Assembly (NCBI GenBank): GCA_016748015.1
Contig: JAAOMT010000617.1
Span: forward strand, 310,001-374,000
Reading direction: 5' to 3'
Length of the DNA stretch: 64,000 nt
Origin: Geosiphon pyriformis uo1
Lineage: Eukaryota > Fungi > Glomeromycota
The position numbers were made by a program, and so were the translations under genes. The notes below the pieces were generated by a model. The model saw only the letters and a program-made list of their open reading frames with translations. It had not been told where the DNA came from and ran no database searches. Shown in pieces: positions 11,661-25,230 of this stretch; the first letter of the stretch is position 1, and the number at the start of each line of letters is the position of its first letter.

Positions 11661-13660
11661 GTGGCAACCACACCAGACACAGCAACTCTAGAGTATTACC
11701 AGTCAATTTACACACACATCAAACAAAGATTCAACATTCCAGACGGAATTAAAGTTGTCAAAAAATCAGTATACCAATACATTGAAAACTGCATCAACAA
11801 TTATTTTTTTGGAAACTACAACATTTCAAAAGTTAGAAGCAATCTCTACAATAATTTAGTGCACTATTCACAATTGGGAACAGAAGACCTGAACAGTGAA
11901 ACACTTGCTACCTACTTTCAAGAACTTAATTTTAACATTATTGAGTATTGTAAAGAAAAATACCCAGTACAGTCTAAATACTCTTTTGACTTTGAATCAG
12001 AGACAGAAACAAGCAACAAAAGCAAACAAAAATTGAAGCAATACTCAAAAACCACCCTAAATACTCCAATACTACCAAAAACAATTGCCAAACACTTACA
12101 AACACCTGAACAAGGAACCAGTTCAAAACTCCCACTCACTATTACACCTTTTTCAGCTTCACTTGCACAAGCAGAAACTCCTAATTTACCTTTAAATCAA
12201 TTTTCAAGACTAAAAAATTATACATCACCCAGAAGTCCCACCAGACAACAAGAAACCCTTCAGACTAGTACCAATTTTCTTGACTATTTAGCAGAAAACA
12301 CAAGCAAACACTCTGAAACATTAGCCAACGAAGAAAATGTTTTTGAATCCATTGAAGAAGAAGTAGAACCCGAAGAAAAAAGTGAATTAATAGATAATGA
12401 GGAAGAAAACAAAATGACAGCTTATATTGTAAAAATTCCCAAATTTAATGGAGAAGATATTGAGACCAGTCCCCAAGAATGGCTCAACCAAGTTAATAAA
12501 GCTGGAGATGCAAATAGATGGAATGCTGCTAGAATGTTAAGAACAATTCCCTACTTTTTCAAAGGAACAACAGATGAATGGTTCAAAAACTTGACCACCC
12601 CTTTTAATGACTAGACAGCTTTCAAAACTGCCTTCTTAGAACAATTCACTGATAACAACACCTCGTAATATCAAACAAGAACCCTCCGAATCTGTCATAA
12701 CTTATATTGGGAAATTCAACAAACTTCTTAGACAAATTTGCCAACTTAAAACTAATGATTATTATTCCAATGCTCAAATCTTGGATCAATTTATTGTTGG
12801 TTTAAAAGATAAACTGATTAAGAAAGTTTGCCTACATGCACTAGAAGATTTAGCCACTGCTATTCAACAGGTGAAAAACTATAAAATGGCCATGGAAGAA
12901 GCCAACTGTACCAAACTTGTTAACCTAGTTATTGAAAAAACCAGCTCAACAGCTGAAGAAAAGATTGACCAATTAACCAAAAAAGTTGAACACTACTTCA
13001 CCAACCAACAGCAACAACAGCAGCCACAGCAATCACAACAAACACAAAGATACCAACTTCCACAAAGATGAAATCAAAATAATTTTCCACCACTTTCTAA
13101 TAACCAGCCTTAGAATTGCCATTATTGTGGAATTTCTGGCCACTGGAAAAGAGATTGCAGAAAGCTATAATGAGACCAACAAAATAGGAGTAATTAATGT
13201 TACCTTTCACCACAGCAATCTTATTATCAACCACCACTACCAGCTTACTATCTACCAAGACCCCAATACCAAAGTAACTATTATCAGCCTGTCTCACAGC
13301 CAATCCAACAGCAATACTAACAACCACCCATACAATATTATCAAGTACCTGCTTGAAGATTGATTCCACAAAATCAATTCACATCACAAAATTGATACCA
13401 AGTAAACAACAATAGGATCAATTCAAACAACCAATTGGTTCTCCAAAATTCAGCTCAACCAAGATCCAACTACTATCATATTCAAACTAGTTATCTTACA
13501 ATGCCAGAAGAACAGGATTTTCACTATACTGTACTCTTAGAAGGTAGAGCTGCAGCACAATAACAAAACCCTTTCTATATTCCTACCACAATTCCACCAG
13601 CCAGAATTGCTGAAAACGCCAACCTTTTAGATATATTTCCTTTTGAATTTAAAGCAAATG
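11661..13660 (+). pseudogene. gag of element A with long N-terminal extension, CCHC knuckle and Q-rich tracts
   Basis: IPKFNGED..PQEWL and KGTTDEWF gag core; DQFIVGL; zinc knuckle CHYCGISGHWKRDC ~13117-13158; in-frame stops. Confidence 0.88.
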
Positions 13661-13699
13661 AATCATCATTCTTGCTTAGCAATGCAACAGCTAATGAGC

Positions 13700-14090
13700 A
13701 AAAAGTCATCACTGTAATATACACAGAAACTAAAATAGAAGGAAAGCCAATTCATTTGATCCTAAACAATGGATTCGCCAAAAGCATCATCACATATCAA
13801 TTAATACAACAGCTAAAGAGAAATGTTGACCGACCAGCTCAGACAATCATTGTCACTGTTTATGGCATGAAAAAGACTCCAGTAGGAGAGATTGACAACT
13901 TCCTATTCACAATTGACAGAATTACCATTCCAGTCAAAGTTCTAGTCATAGATGCTCCCCAATATCAAGCTCTTGTTGGAAACAATTGGCTCCAAAAAGC
14001 CAATGCTAATTTGAATTGGGAGACACAAGAGTTAACAATCTCCTACCAAGAACAACATGCCCAAGTACCTGCCACTTGTAGTACATTCAA
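13700..14090 (+). pseudogene. Aspartic protease of element A
   Basis: HLILNNGFAKS (decayed ILDSG) and ALVGNNWL in ORF 13672-14292. Confidence 0.85.
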
Positions 14091-15059
14091 CAAATGCTCC
14101 GAAAAAGCCCCGGCTTTTGAATTTGAACCAGAAGAAGAAAAACCCATTATTGAAACATTTATGGCACTTGGATCAACCTCCAATTGGGCTGATAAAACTG
14201 AACAACAGTATTTTTCAACATACGATTCTCTTAAAACAAAAGAACCAGTAACATCTGGATGGAATGTTCCTTGTTTAAAACCAGAACCATGAAAACAATG
14301 CCCTTACATTCTACTCAAATGCAAAGATTGCCACAAGAAACTTTCATCAATAGAAGCCTGCATTTTACCTAAAGAAGAATATGAAAATCATACTTGTTAT
14401 TACTGCAAGGCTTGCTACAGAGAACGATGGGACCACCTAATAAAAAGAAGTAGAAAATGGGACAACACCCCTTGTTTGATTTGTGGAAATATGCTACCAG
14501 AAGAATACAATTGGATTAATGTAGCAATGAGAGGAGGAGTCTGTGATCAAACCTGCCAATATGTTTTATCAATTTCAGAAAAAGTCAAAAGAGGAACACC
14601 TTTTGATGCTGTTTACAATAGCATTCTCAACAAACTGTACTATTACCCTCATGATGCCAAAATGATTTTCGATTTAGCAATGGCTTTAATTAACAAAGCC
14701 ACTCAAGAAAATGTTCGTCAAATGAAAGAATCAGAATACATTGCATACACCTTTAAAATTACTGGATACAACTACGAAGATAAAGTAGAAGTATATTACC
14801 AAATTGCCAGTTACATCTACCCAACCAAAAAAGCTCAAGCTCAATGGCTAGAGCAAATGAACATTAAATTATGTGAGAAATGCATAATGCCTTGCAATGA
14901 ACAATGGTGTCCTGAATGCTATGCTCTTAGCATTCCCTTGCTCAGTGAAAGTAATGAATATGAAATTGAATTCAGAGAACCTGAAGCAACAGAAGAAATA
15001 GAAACCACACCCATCTATCTCATCGAAAATCAGCCTGCTTCACAACTCAAATACTTCAA

Positions 15060-15475
15060 CAACAATGGACAAGAAATAAAGTCTAAAAAAGTCCACAAAA
15101 TTGATATTGGATACAATCTAAGATATCCAGGAAAAGATACTCTTACTCTCAAACCTAAATTGCTTACAAAAATCAACCTCAAAATTGTTCTCAAAATCCC
15201 ACCAGGAGCAATAGTCCAAATTACTTCATGATCATCATTGGCGAGCAAAGGAATTAATGTTAGAGGAGGAATTATAGATGTGGAATATACAGGAGACATT
15301 ACAATCATGTTACAAAATGAAACCAATAAATTTTTTCAGATTGAACATGCCGAAAAAATTGCTCAAGCTATTTATTTACTTTTAATCAACATTTTGGGTT
15401 TACAATTAGTCAGTTAAAGAGAACAATTGGGAAAGAATAAAAGAGGAACCAAAGGTTTTGGTTCAACTGGATGAT
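15060..15475 (+). pseudogene. dUTPase domain of element A
   Basis: All five motifs recognisable: DIGYNL, *SSL (from RSS), GIIDVEYTGDI, IAQA, RGTKGFGSTG. Confidence 0.9.
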
Positions 15476-16069
15476 TCACAGTTCCAGTAAACATAGCTTT
15501 TAATGAACAGAATGAATCTTACCAGATTTTATGACTCCCACAACCAATTACTATTTCACTCTTTGAAGAACATCTGGAAATCTACACCTGCCTAAAGTCA
15601 ACAACTACACAACAAATTTTTGAATCCAACAAACAAGTCTGCTTGGAACATAATATCTCAATCCCAAACATTTATATTCCAAAAGGAACAAAGAAAGTCT
15701 GAGTTACTTTTTATAATCCCAACAATTATCTCATAGTTTTATTAAATAACTTAGAAATTAGAGTCATTCACAGTAATATCTTTCAACAAGAATTACCCCA
15801 AACAGTTCCCAATTTTTCAGAAATCATTGAACATTCACTACCAAAAATCAACCCAAATCCCAGTTCTGAAAACTACTATGTTGTCATGGAAAAACTATCT
15901 CGAATCAACATGGGACAACTTGAATCACAACAACAGAGCCAGCTCAAAGAGCTAATTGCAGAATTTGCCAATATCTTTGCTGAAAACAACAATGACTTAG
16001 AAAAAACCGATTTGGTTCAACACCAAATCTATACAGGAGATGCCAAACCAAGGCGACAACAAGTCTACT

Positions 16070-18610
16070 GAGTTGCTCCAGAAAGTCACCAATTTATCCG
16101 AAAAGAAGTGCAATAGATGCTTAACAATGGCCTTATTCAACCATTAATGAGTCCATGAGCCTCACCTGTGGTCCTAGTTAAAAAAAAAATGGAAAGATAT
16201 GATTTTGTGTTGATTATCAACAATTCAACAGTGTTACCATTGGAGATGTCTACCCTTTTTTTCGAATTGATGACATGTTGGATGTCCTTGGAAAGTCCAA
16301 ATACTTTTCAATATTAGATTTAGAGAGCGAATACTGGCAAGTTGCCATGGATTCCAAAGATCGCCCCAAAACAGCATTCACCATGTAAGGAGGAAATTAC
16401 AAGTTCAATGTAATGCCTTTCGGATTATGCAATGCACCAGCAACATTTCAAAGACTCATAGATGTTGTTTACAAAGGCCTCCTTTGGAAATCAGTAGTTG
16501 TTTATCTCGATGATACTGATGTTTATTCACCATCTTTTGAATTACACTTAAAACATCTGTGAAAAGTTTTTCAATGATTACGAAAAGCAGGATTGAAACT
16601 AAACATTAAAAAATGCTACTTCGGAAAAACAAGTTTGGCCTTTCTTGGCCACATTGTGAGCAAAGATGGAATTAAACCAGACTCTAGAAAAATCAGCACT
16701 GTCAAGAACTTCAAGACTCCATAAAATACCACAGAATTGAGAGGATTTATTGGATTAGCTTCCTATTACCGAAAATTTATCAAAGGATTCTTAGAAATCG
16801 CAAAACCCCTCAACCAGCTTACTACTAAAAACATCAAATACAAATGGATGGAAAAACACCAAAAAGCTTTTAAAATTCTCAAGGAAAAGCTGACAACAGC
16901 TCCAATTCTAGCCTACTCAGACTTCAGTAACCAATTTCGACTAGCTACAGATGCTTTTTACACTGCCTTTGGTGCTATTTTATTACAATTAGATAACAAT
17001 AGAAATGAGCAAGTAATCGCTTATGCTAGTAGAACATTAAAACCAGCCAAGAAAAACTACCCTGCCACAGAACTAGAAACAGCAGCTGTAGTTTGGGCCC
17101 TACACTACTTCAACCTTTATTTCAGATCTAAAAAATTCGATATTATCACTGATAATATTGGACTCAAATAACTTCAGAACAAAAACACTCAGCTAAATGC
17201 AAAACAAACCTGATGGACAGGATTTTTAGCCAACTACTGATATATTATATACCACAAACCAGAAAAACTCCACACCAATGTTGATTGTCTCTTAAGAATG
17301 AGGCAAGATTAGAATACAAAACCAACACCCATTTGAATTAACAACAAAACAACAAACAATGAACTCTGAAAATTACAACAATTTTAAACAATATTTGAAA
17401 ATATTAACAATCCCAACAAGATGAAAAACATTGGTTACAACAACAAGCCAAATAATACTTCTTACACAACAACATTATTTATTATTGAAACTTCAGAAAC
17501 CCAAACAGTTCACTTAGATTAATACAAGAACATAAAAAAGAAACTATTTTATATAACATATACTTAGACCCTTCATCAGCACACCTAGGAAAAGACAGCA
17601 CCACCTAGAGAACACTAGAATATTATTTTTGGCCTCAAATGAGAAAAGACATTCATGAATATGTTAAGTCTTGTGATAGTTGTCAAAGAAGAAAAGGAAC
17701 TTGTCCTACAGAATCTTTAAACCCAATTAAAGTTGAACAGCCTTTTGACCGAGTTGGTATCAATTTAGTCAGACCACTCTTTATTACAAACCAAGGAAAC
17801 TGTTATATTGTAGTAGCTGTAGACTATTTCACCAAATGGCCTAAAGCCAAAGCCATTCAATGAGCAGATGCGAAATTAGTAGCAAACTTTATCTACAAAG
17901 ACATTATTTGTAGACATGGATGTCCAATAGAACTTTTATCTGATCAAGAAACACATTTTGTGAACAATTTAATCCAGGAAATTTGTGAACAATTTAATGT
18001 CAAGAGACCATTATCTTCACTCTATCATCCACAAACAAATAGACTTGTAGAATGTTTCAACAGAACATTGTGTGAATCATTAGCCAAAGTCTTAACCAAT
18101 TTTGAGCAAGAATGGGATCTTTTTATTCCATCAGTGTTACTAGCATATAGAACACTAAAACAAGATACCACAAAACACACACTATTTGATTTAACTTATG
18201 AAAAGACAGCAACATTACCAATTAGTTTCACAGTGGAAACATACCCAGCACAACTAATTGATAAAAACAATTTCCAGAAAACACTACAATGAAGAGCCTA
18301 CACTCTACTTAGCACATTGGAAGGAAAACAATGAATAGCAGCCACCCATATTAAACACTTCCAAGCTCAACAAAAAGAATGACATGATGACAAATTGCCT
18401 CCAGTTACCAATGGATTTAAAATCGAAAACAAAGTTCTCTTATACAAAACTAAAGCTGAAAAACAATGAAGTGAAAAATTTGAAAATAAATGGAATGGAC
18501 CATTCTTTATCCATGAAATCCTAGGCAATAGATCATACAAGCTAAGACTTGATGACAAAATCCTAGCAAAAGTTGCACATGGAGATCATTTGAAACACTA
18601 TAATTCCAGA
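16070..18610 (+). pseudogene. RT, RNase H and integrase of element A
   Basis: MPFGLCNAPATFQ, VYLDD, LATDA, IAYASR, ELETAAVVW, CDSC zinc finger, VAVDYFTKW, HPQTN, WNGPF; no chromodomain seen. Confidence 0.95.
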
Positions 18611-18855
18611 AACAATCCTGAACTATTAATTCCACAAATTGATATACATTCCCCTTTAATCAATCCTGAAGATATTGCCCAAAATTTAGAACCAATAGTT
18701 GTCATTGAACAATCTTCCAACTTAAACACTTAATTTAAATTTATTATTATAGTTATCTCCTTATAATTTAGAAACAATCTCACAAAAACAAAACAAAAAT
18801 AACATAAAAACCCATACACCAAAAATAATTTTCTTTTATTTTCAAATCTCTTATA

Positions 18856-19575
18856 ATGACTATTTCTCAAAACATTCAACAATTATCCCAAAAACTAATA
18901 TTAGGTTTAAAAACAATACCTGAATTATCCATTACTGTTACTGGAAACCACATTAATTATACCCAAACAGAAGTAGTTACAAATTTAGTCCCAAATGCAC
19001 AAAAATATCACCTGTATAAGAAGAACACAAGAAGTTATTCTGGAATTCACCTGCCAGAACTTTTAAAGCTTGCTTTAAGAGAAAACTTAATACTCACTCC
19101 TATTAGTATTCCACCAAATGCTACTATTTAACAAAAACTTTAACTGTGTCTTAATGAAGAAAACTACGACTATACTCCAATATATAAATATTTCTACATT
19201 GGAAAAACACTTCACGAACAAAAACAGGAGCTTATAGCAGCAAACCTCACAAAAGAAGCTATTCAGAAACAACTCCACAACGAATTCAAGACAACAGCTG
19301 GACCTACAAACAGTCATTATAAACTAAGAGCTGTTCTTAGACTTTATAACCTATTCTACACCTGTGAAAACGTCCTACAAAACCCAATTTTATAGTCTTT
19401 GAAGATTCAATACATTGGAAAGCTCACAGAACTGAAATTTCAACAATTTTCAGACCAAATTTCTTCAATAATTTTGGACTATTATCTGGAAATTACAGAC
19501 AGTACTTGGACTTTAATGGAGCTCAGTCTTGAGGAGGAGGTTATGTTACCAGACGAAATTAAAGATATTGTTTAG
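18856..19575 (+). pseudogene. ORF3 of element A (unknown function, 240 codons)
   Basis: Single frame from ATG 18856 to TAG 19575 with three internal stops, each one C>T from CAA/CAG; runs through the PPT into the 3' LTR. Confidence 0.75.
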
Positions 19576-19850
19576 CATGAAATTACCCTTATAAATTTTA
19601 TCATTAATTAGTATATATTATTGTTTCAAATTATCACTTATTACATTAGCAAAATATCCGAAATATTATTTAATTAATAACCCAATTTGTACATAACACA
19701 AATGTAACCTAATTGTGATGATTAATCATGCAATACTCCGAACTATGTAATATTCAAAAAGTTTGCCAAAATTTGTAAGAAATTTGCCGAAATAATTGAT
19801 AGTTCACCGAAATATCTAATAATTTGCAGAAATAACTTGTAGTTCACTGA

Positions 19851-20844
19851 TGTTACCAGAGGTTTTTGGTCTCTTTTCTTAAATATTGGTAATGTTAATT
19901 TGCTGTGAATTCACGTTTTCAGGAAGTAGTTAAACCTCCAATAACTGAATTTATCTTCAAATTATCTCCTATAATTTGAACTGCTGGACTTATAAGTGGA
20001 ATGGCCAATTCCTTGCCACTTACTTTATGTAGTTACATTGTAATAAATGTCAACTCTTTCCCAGGAATTGCTCGTCTGGAAGCTCACTAAAAATGTGTAG
20101 TTACTTTGCTGTAAAAGTCAACTCTTCTACAGGAATCTTGTCTGTAAGCTACCCTAATGATTGTAATAAGAAAAGAAAAGAAAAATAAAAGAAATGTAAA
20201 AGAAATAGAATTTTGTCAAGAGGAACGTTTTCTATCCAGGCCTGGAGTCACTAACAGTTTACTGAAATTGGTAGCTAATCAATTTCGAAATGTTAGTTGG
20301 TTTTTGGGGATTTTCCAAGGGCAATAATTAAAGAATTTGGTTTTTCAAATTATTTGGTATTTATTTCTTTTTGTGTGTGTAGAAATGGTTCTAAGTAATA
20401 AATCTAAAGTAAGATACATTTTCCAGAAGAGAAAAGCTCTTCTTTTATACAACTTGTTGTAGTACTAGTTTATGAACTTGCACTTTTTTCTTTTTGCCCA
20501 AATTCCGGCAAACTAAAGATACATTTTGATGAACTACAAGTTATTTCGCTGAACTATTGATTAATTTGGGTGAACTATTCATAATTTCAGCGAATTTCTT
20601 ATAAATTTCAGCAAATTTCTGTAAATTTCGGCAAATTTTTAAATGTTACAGAGTTCAAGGTATTGTGTAATTTGATCATCTTACTTTCTGTTATACTAAT
20701 TAGATTATTTTAATTGAATCGTGATATGTGATAATTGATTAAATAATAACTGATAATTTGAAATGATATTAATATACTAATGAATTATAGGAATTATAAG
20801 GGTAATTTCATGCTAATTTAATAGCTAAAATTCTACTGGTAACA
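19851..20844 (-). repeat. Inverted solo LTR nested in the 3' LTR of element A
   Basis: TGTTACCAG...CTGGTAACA, 994 bp; TSD CTGA (19847-19850) / CCGA (20845-20848); the uninterrupted 5' LTR has a single CCGA at this position. Confidence 0.95.
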
Positions 20845-21530
20845 CCGAAATGTATTTTTAGTTCAGCAAAATTATAGAAAATAGCAAAATTCAAGTTCAT
20901 AGAATAGTGTTATGACAAGTTGTATAAAAGAAGAGCTTCTCTCATCAAAAAAATGTATCTTACTCTAAATTTATCACTTGAAATTATTCCTACATACACA
21001 AAAAAAAATAAATATCAAATAATTCAAAAAAAAACCAAATTCTTTAATTATTGCACTTGGAAAATCCCCAAAACCCAACTAACGCTTTAAAATTAATTAG
21101 ATACCAATTTTAGTAAACTATTAGTGATTTCAGGCCTGGATAGAAAACGTTTCCCTTGACAGAATTCTATTTCTTTTACATTTTTTATTTTTATTTTCTT
21201 TCTTTTATTTTCTTATCATAATTATTAGGGTAGTCTACAGACAAGATTCCTGTAGAAGAGTTGATTTTCACAGCAAAGTAACTACACATTTTAGTGAGCT
21301 TCCAAATGAGCAATTCCTAGGAAAGAGTTAATATTTACTACAACGTAACTACACAAAGCAACTGGCATGGAATTGGCCATTCCACTTATAAGCCCAGCAG
21401 TTCAAATTATAGGAGATAATTTGAAGATAAATTCAGTTACTGGAGGTTCAACCACATCCAGAAAACGTAAATTCACAGCAAACAGGCATCAATAATATTA
21501 CAGAAAAGAGACCAAAAACCTCCAGTAACA

Positions 21531-22980
21531 CCAGCCACTTAAGCTGATCAGAACAATACTATACAACTATATAAATTAAAACTAAGCTACCAATGTCCAA
21601 AAAAAACAAACAAGATTTGCAAAAACCAAAATACACATCAAAGACCTTAATAATACCAAGCAATTTGACCACACTAGCAAAACATCTCAAAGCCAAACCA
21701 GATACTAATATGAAAGCCAAACCATCTAGAGGAATCAGTTCACTTCTCTTCAAACATGCACAATGCTTAGCATAGACCAACCAGATGTTATCTTTATAAC
21801 CAAGACTAAGAGAATACACAAAATTAACAATTTTCAATCTATCAACTTTGAGATTATAGAAGATAGAAACAGTTTCATTAAACCAACCATTAAAAACAAA
21901 GCCCTTATAAAAAGCTGTAGACACAGAGGAATTAGAAACACAAGATGCCAACAACTGTAATACACTTGAAAAATGATGAAAGAAACCAGAAAGTGTTTTC
22001 CAAAAAGCCACATAGGAGTTTAATATATTATGATAAGCAAAGATATTGACCTCATAAGAGAAAACATGATCTGACAACTCCACTTCACCACAGTATAAAC
22101 ACAACACACTAGGGTAATGTCTATTATAAAGGCACTTCTGAACAGTAACAGACAGCTGATAGTACAAAGCTTTTATAAAATAGATATATGCATTAGCCAA
22201 AAACTTACTAGTAAAACTAGCAGCCATATGCAAATCAGAATGTTATACCAATAATAAGCTGAGCCAATCAACATCTGAAAGCAAACTGTCTGCCAAAAAC
22301 TTTAAACTAAAACCAATCTTCCAATGCACTTGACAAATAAAATGAAAAATATCATAAACAAAGTGTCTAGAATTGTCAGAAACAACACTATCATCAGTCA
22401 CTATAAAGTGTTCATCCAAGTAAAAAAGAAGATACCAGCCAGAAAAAGAAGTGGCATCAGTTATTGTATTAACATGCTTATTCCCCAAAATGCCAGAGTA
22501 ACCTTTTACTTTATGTTAGCCAACTCTCAAATTCTTACTATGAATAATGTTCACAATATACTGGTGCTTAACCCAACACTAATTATGAAAATCAGGGCTT
22601 ATCAGACTCAATTCTGACTTATAAGCATCTAAAGCAGATTGACTATCCAAAAACAAGTTAACAGAACTAAATAGGAAAACACACTCTAAAGCCAATATAA
22701 TAGTCTGCAATTCCACCAAAGTAGATAATATTAAACCTAACACATCAACACCCAAACCCAAATTAATGTCCTCGAAAAAAACTGCAGCATCAGCCCTTCT
22801 ATTAACTATGTTCAGATCCTTTAAAGACCCATCTGTATAAACAGACAAACTGCCAGAAACAACTTGAAAAAGACAATCATGAACAGATATAAAATTACAA
22901 GAATCAAAAATGTTTAAAAGACCAACACCATCCAAAACAGTAGGAAAAGTAGGAGAAGAAACCATGCTTTTGAAAATGCA
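21531..22980 (-). mobile_element. 5'-truncated LINE: RNase H, C-terminal Zn motif and proximal 3' UTR
   Basis: VYTDGSL, ELQTI, LDSQSAL RNase H motifs (22579-23001); CLYCGEVELSDHVF (21559-22233). Confidence 0.9.
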
Positions 22981-25230
22981 TTTTATAATATATATAAACA
23001 AAAAAATAATGTTTTATTTAAAAAAACTTATTAAAATAATTTTTAGATATTTTTAAAGTAAAAATAAGAAAATAAAAATTATAAAATAATATAAATTTAT
23101 TAAAATTAATTATATTTTATTTTATAAGAATATATTTTTTCTTAAATTATTTATAATAGTAATTTTAATATTATTTTTGTTTAGTAAATTAATTTAACAA
23201 AATAAAAAATTATAACTAAAAATTATTAGTTTAAAATATTAATAAATAAATACAAGTGATATTTATTATTAACTAAAAATTAATTAAAATAACAATTTAA
23301 ATTTATATATAAAATATAAAAAATAATTTTGGTTTTAAAATATATTTTACAATTTAACAAAGTTTTAATAAATTTAAATAGTTAAACTATTTTAAATATT
23401 TAAATTTTTGAGATTTTTTAAATCTTATTCAATTTTTGCAATTATTGTTAATTAAAAAAAACATATTATAAATATTATAAAAAACAAAAATTATTTTAAA
23501 ATTTATAAAAATAAATATTCAGATAAACTTATTAAAAACATAGCTGAATTATTGTTTTTTTATCTGTTTTAATTTGTAAATAATATATTAAAAATAAGAA
23601 TATAATTGTATTTAATAATATATAGTATTTTATTTACAATATTTATTACACAATTTATTATATATATTAAAAAACTGGCTTTAATTTTAATATTAATAAT
23701 AATAATATAATTAAAAATATTAATTGAATTTATATTTTTATAATTTAGTATTTAGATTTTTATATAGCTTTTAATTTTATAAACAAAGTTTTAACCAGTT
23801 TGCTATTTATATAATATAAATAATTCACAAAAAATTACTAATTATTATTAAAAAATAGTTATATAATAGTTTTTATCTTAATATTTAATATTTATATTAT
23901 AATAAAATTGAATTTTTAAATTATTTATTTATTTATGCATTTAATAATATTAACTATATAGATTTGGTATTTATTAATACTAAGTTTTAATATTTAAAAT
24001 ATATATTTTATTATATTTTATTTTATAACTATTGTTTAATTATTTAGTTAATACTAATTTGTATATAGTTTTATATAAAAACATCATATTTAAGAATTGA
24101 TTTAATAAAACTTTTTTAGTTTTTGATAATATTAGAGTAATAATTGCTAAATTAATCAAATTTATTTGTAATATAATAATTAAGTATTAAAATAAATATA
24201 ATTAATTAAATTTAAATATAAAACTATTTTTAAGAAAAAAAATTAATTATATTTTAATGTTTTTATTTTTTTTAAGTTTTTTAAAGATAATATAATTAAA
24301 TTATTAAATATAATTAAGATTTTTGAAAAAAGTTTTAAAACATATATATATTGTGTTTTTTTAATTTAAACAATAATATTATAGTAAAAATAAATATATA
24401 ATATAGTCTTAATTAATTTAAGTAACTAATTATATATAGTTAATACATAAACTATATTTAATTTAAAATATGTAATTTTTGTATTATAATTAATAGCAAT
24501 TAGATTTTATTTATAAAATTTAATAAAAAATAATAATTTTAACTTAAAAATTTTTATTTTATTTTTAATATTTTTTTATTAATACAAAATATTTTATAAT
24601 AATTTAATAATAATATTTTTTTATTCAGCTTAATAAGTATAATTTAATTATTATTTAATATAATATAGCAATTAAGTATTTTAAATTAGATATAATTTAT
24701 GTATTTTTTATATATAATTATATTAAAAAAAATATTTTTATTAATTTGTAAAAAACATTTATTATAATCTTAAATCAAAATATAAAATATAATTTTTTTA
24801 ATATTTAGTATTTTATTATATTTTTAAATAAAATCAAAAAATTATTATTAATAGATAATAAACTATTTTTTTAACATAATTTTAAGTTTAAAATTAAACA
24901 AACAAAATTTCTTTTTATGTTTAATTACAAAATTATAAACAAAATTTACTAATTATATTAATATGTTTTTAATATTATCAGAAGTTAATATAGTTTTTAT
25001 AATTTAATTTTTAAACAGAAAGTTTTAATATAATACAAATTAATATTACTAAAAATTAAAACACTTTAGACAAATCTATATTAATATTGTTAATAATTAT
25101 CAAATAAATATATTTTTATTTAACAAATTTTAATGAGCAGTTAAATTTAAACTGTAAATAAAACTATAATCTAAAATTTTTATCTTATTATATTTAATAT
25201 ATAATATATATATTTTTTATTATATTTAAT
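22980..25230. other. Extremely AT-rich TE relic, including a decayed plus-strand LINE 3' end at ~24390-24530
   Basis: Almost no C/G; the skeleton of the LINE 3' UTR followed by AATAAAAAA is still visible at ~24520. Confidence 0.5.

Larger units (their letters stand above)
10626..21530 (+). mobile_element. Full-length degenerate Ty3/Gypsy LTR retrotransposon A (gag, PR, Cys-rich, dUTPase, RT, RH, IN, ORF3)
   Basis: 5' LTR 10626-11615; 3' LTR 19544-21530 (interrupted); TSD CCAG 10622-10625 / 21531-21534; PBS TGGTGCTC at 11618; PPT GAGGAGGAGG 19531-19540; Gypsy domain order; many stops and frameshifts. Confidence 0.96.

Noticed and set aside
18856-19575. ORF3 as an env gene
   Set aside because: No signal peptide or transmembrane anchor is visible.
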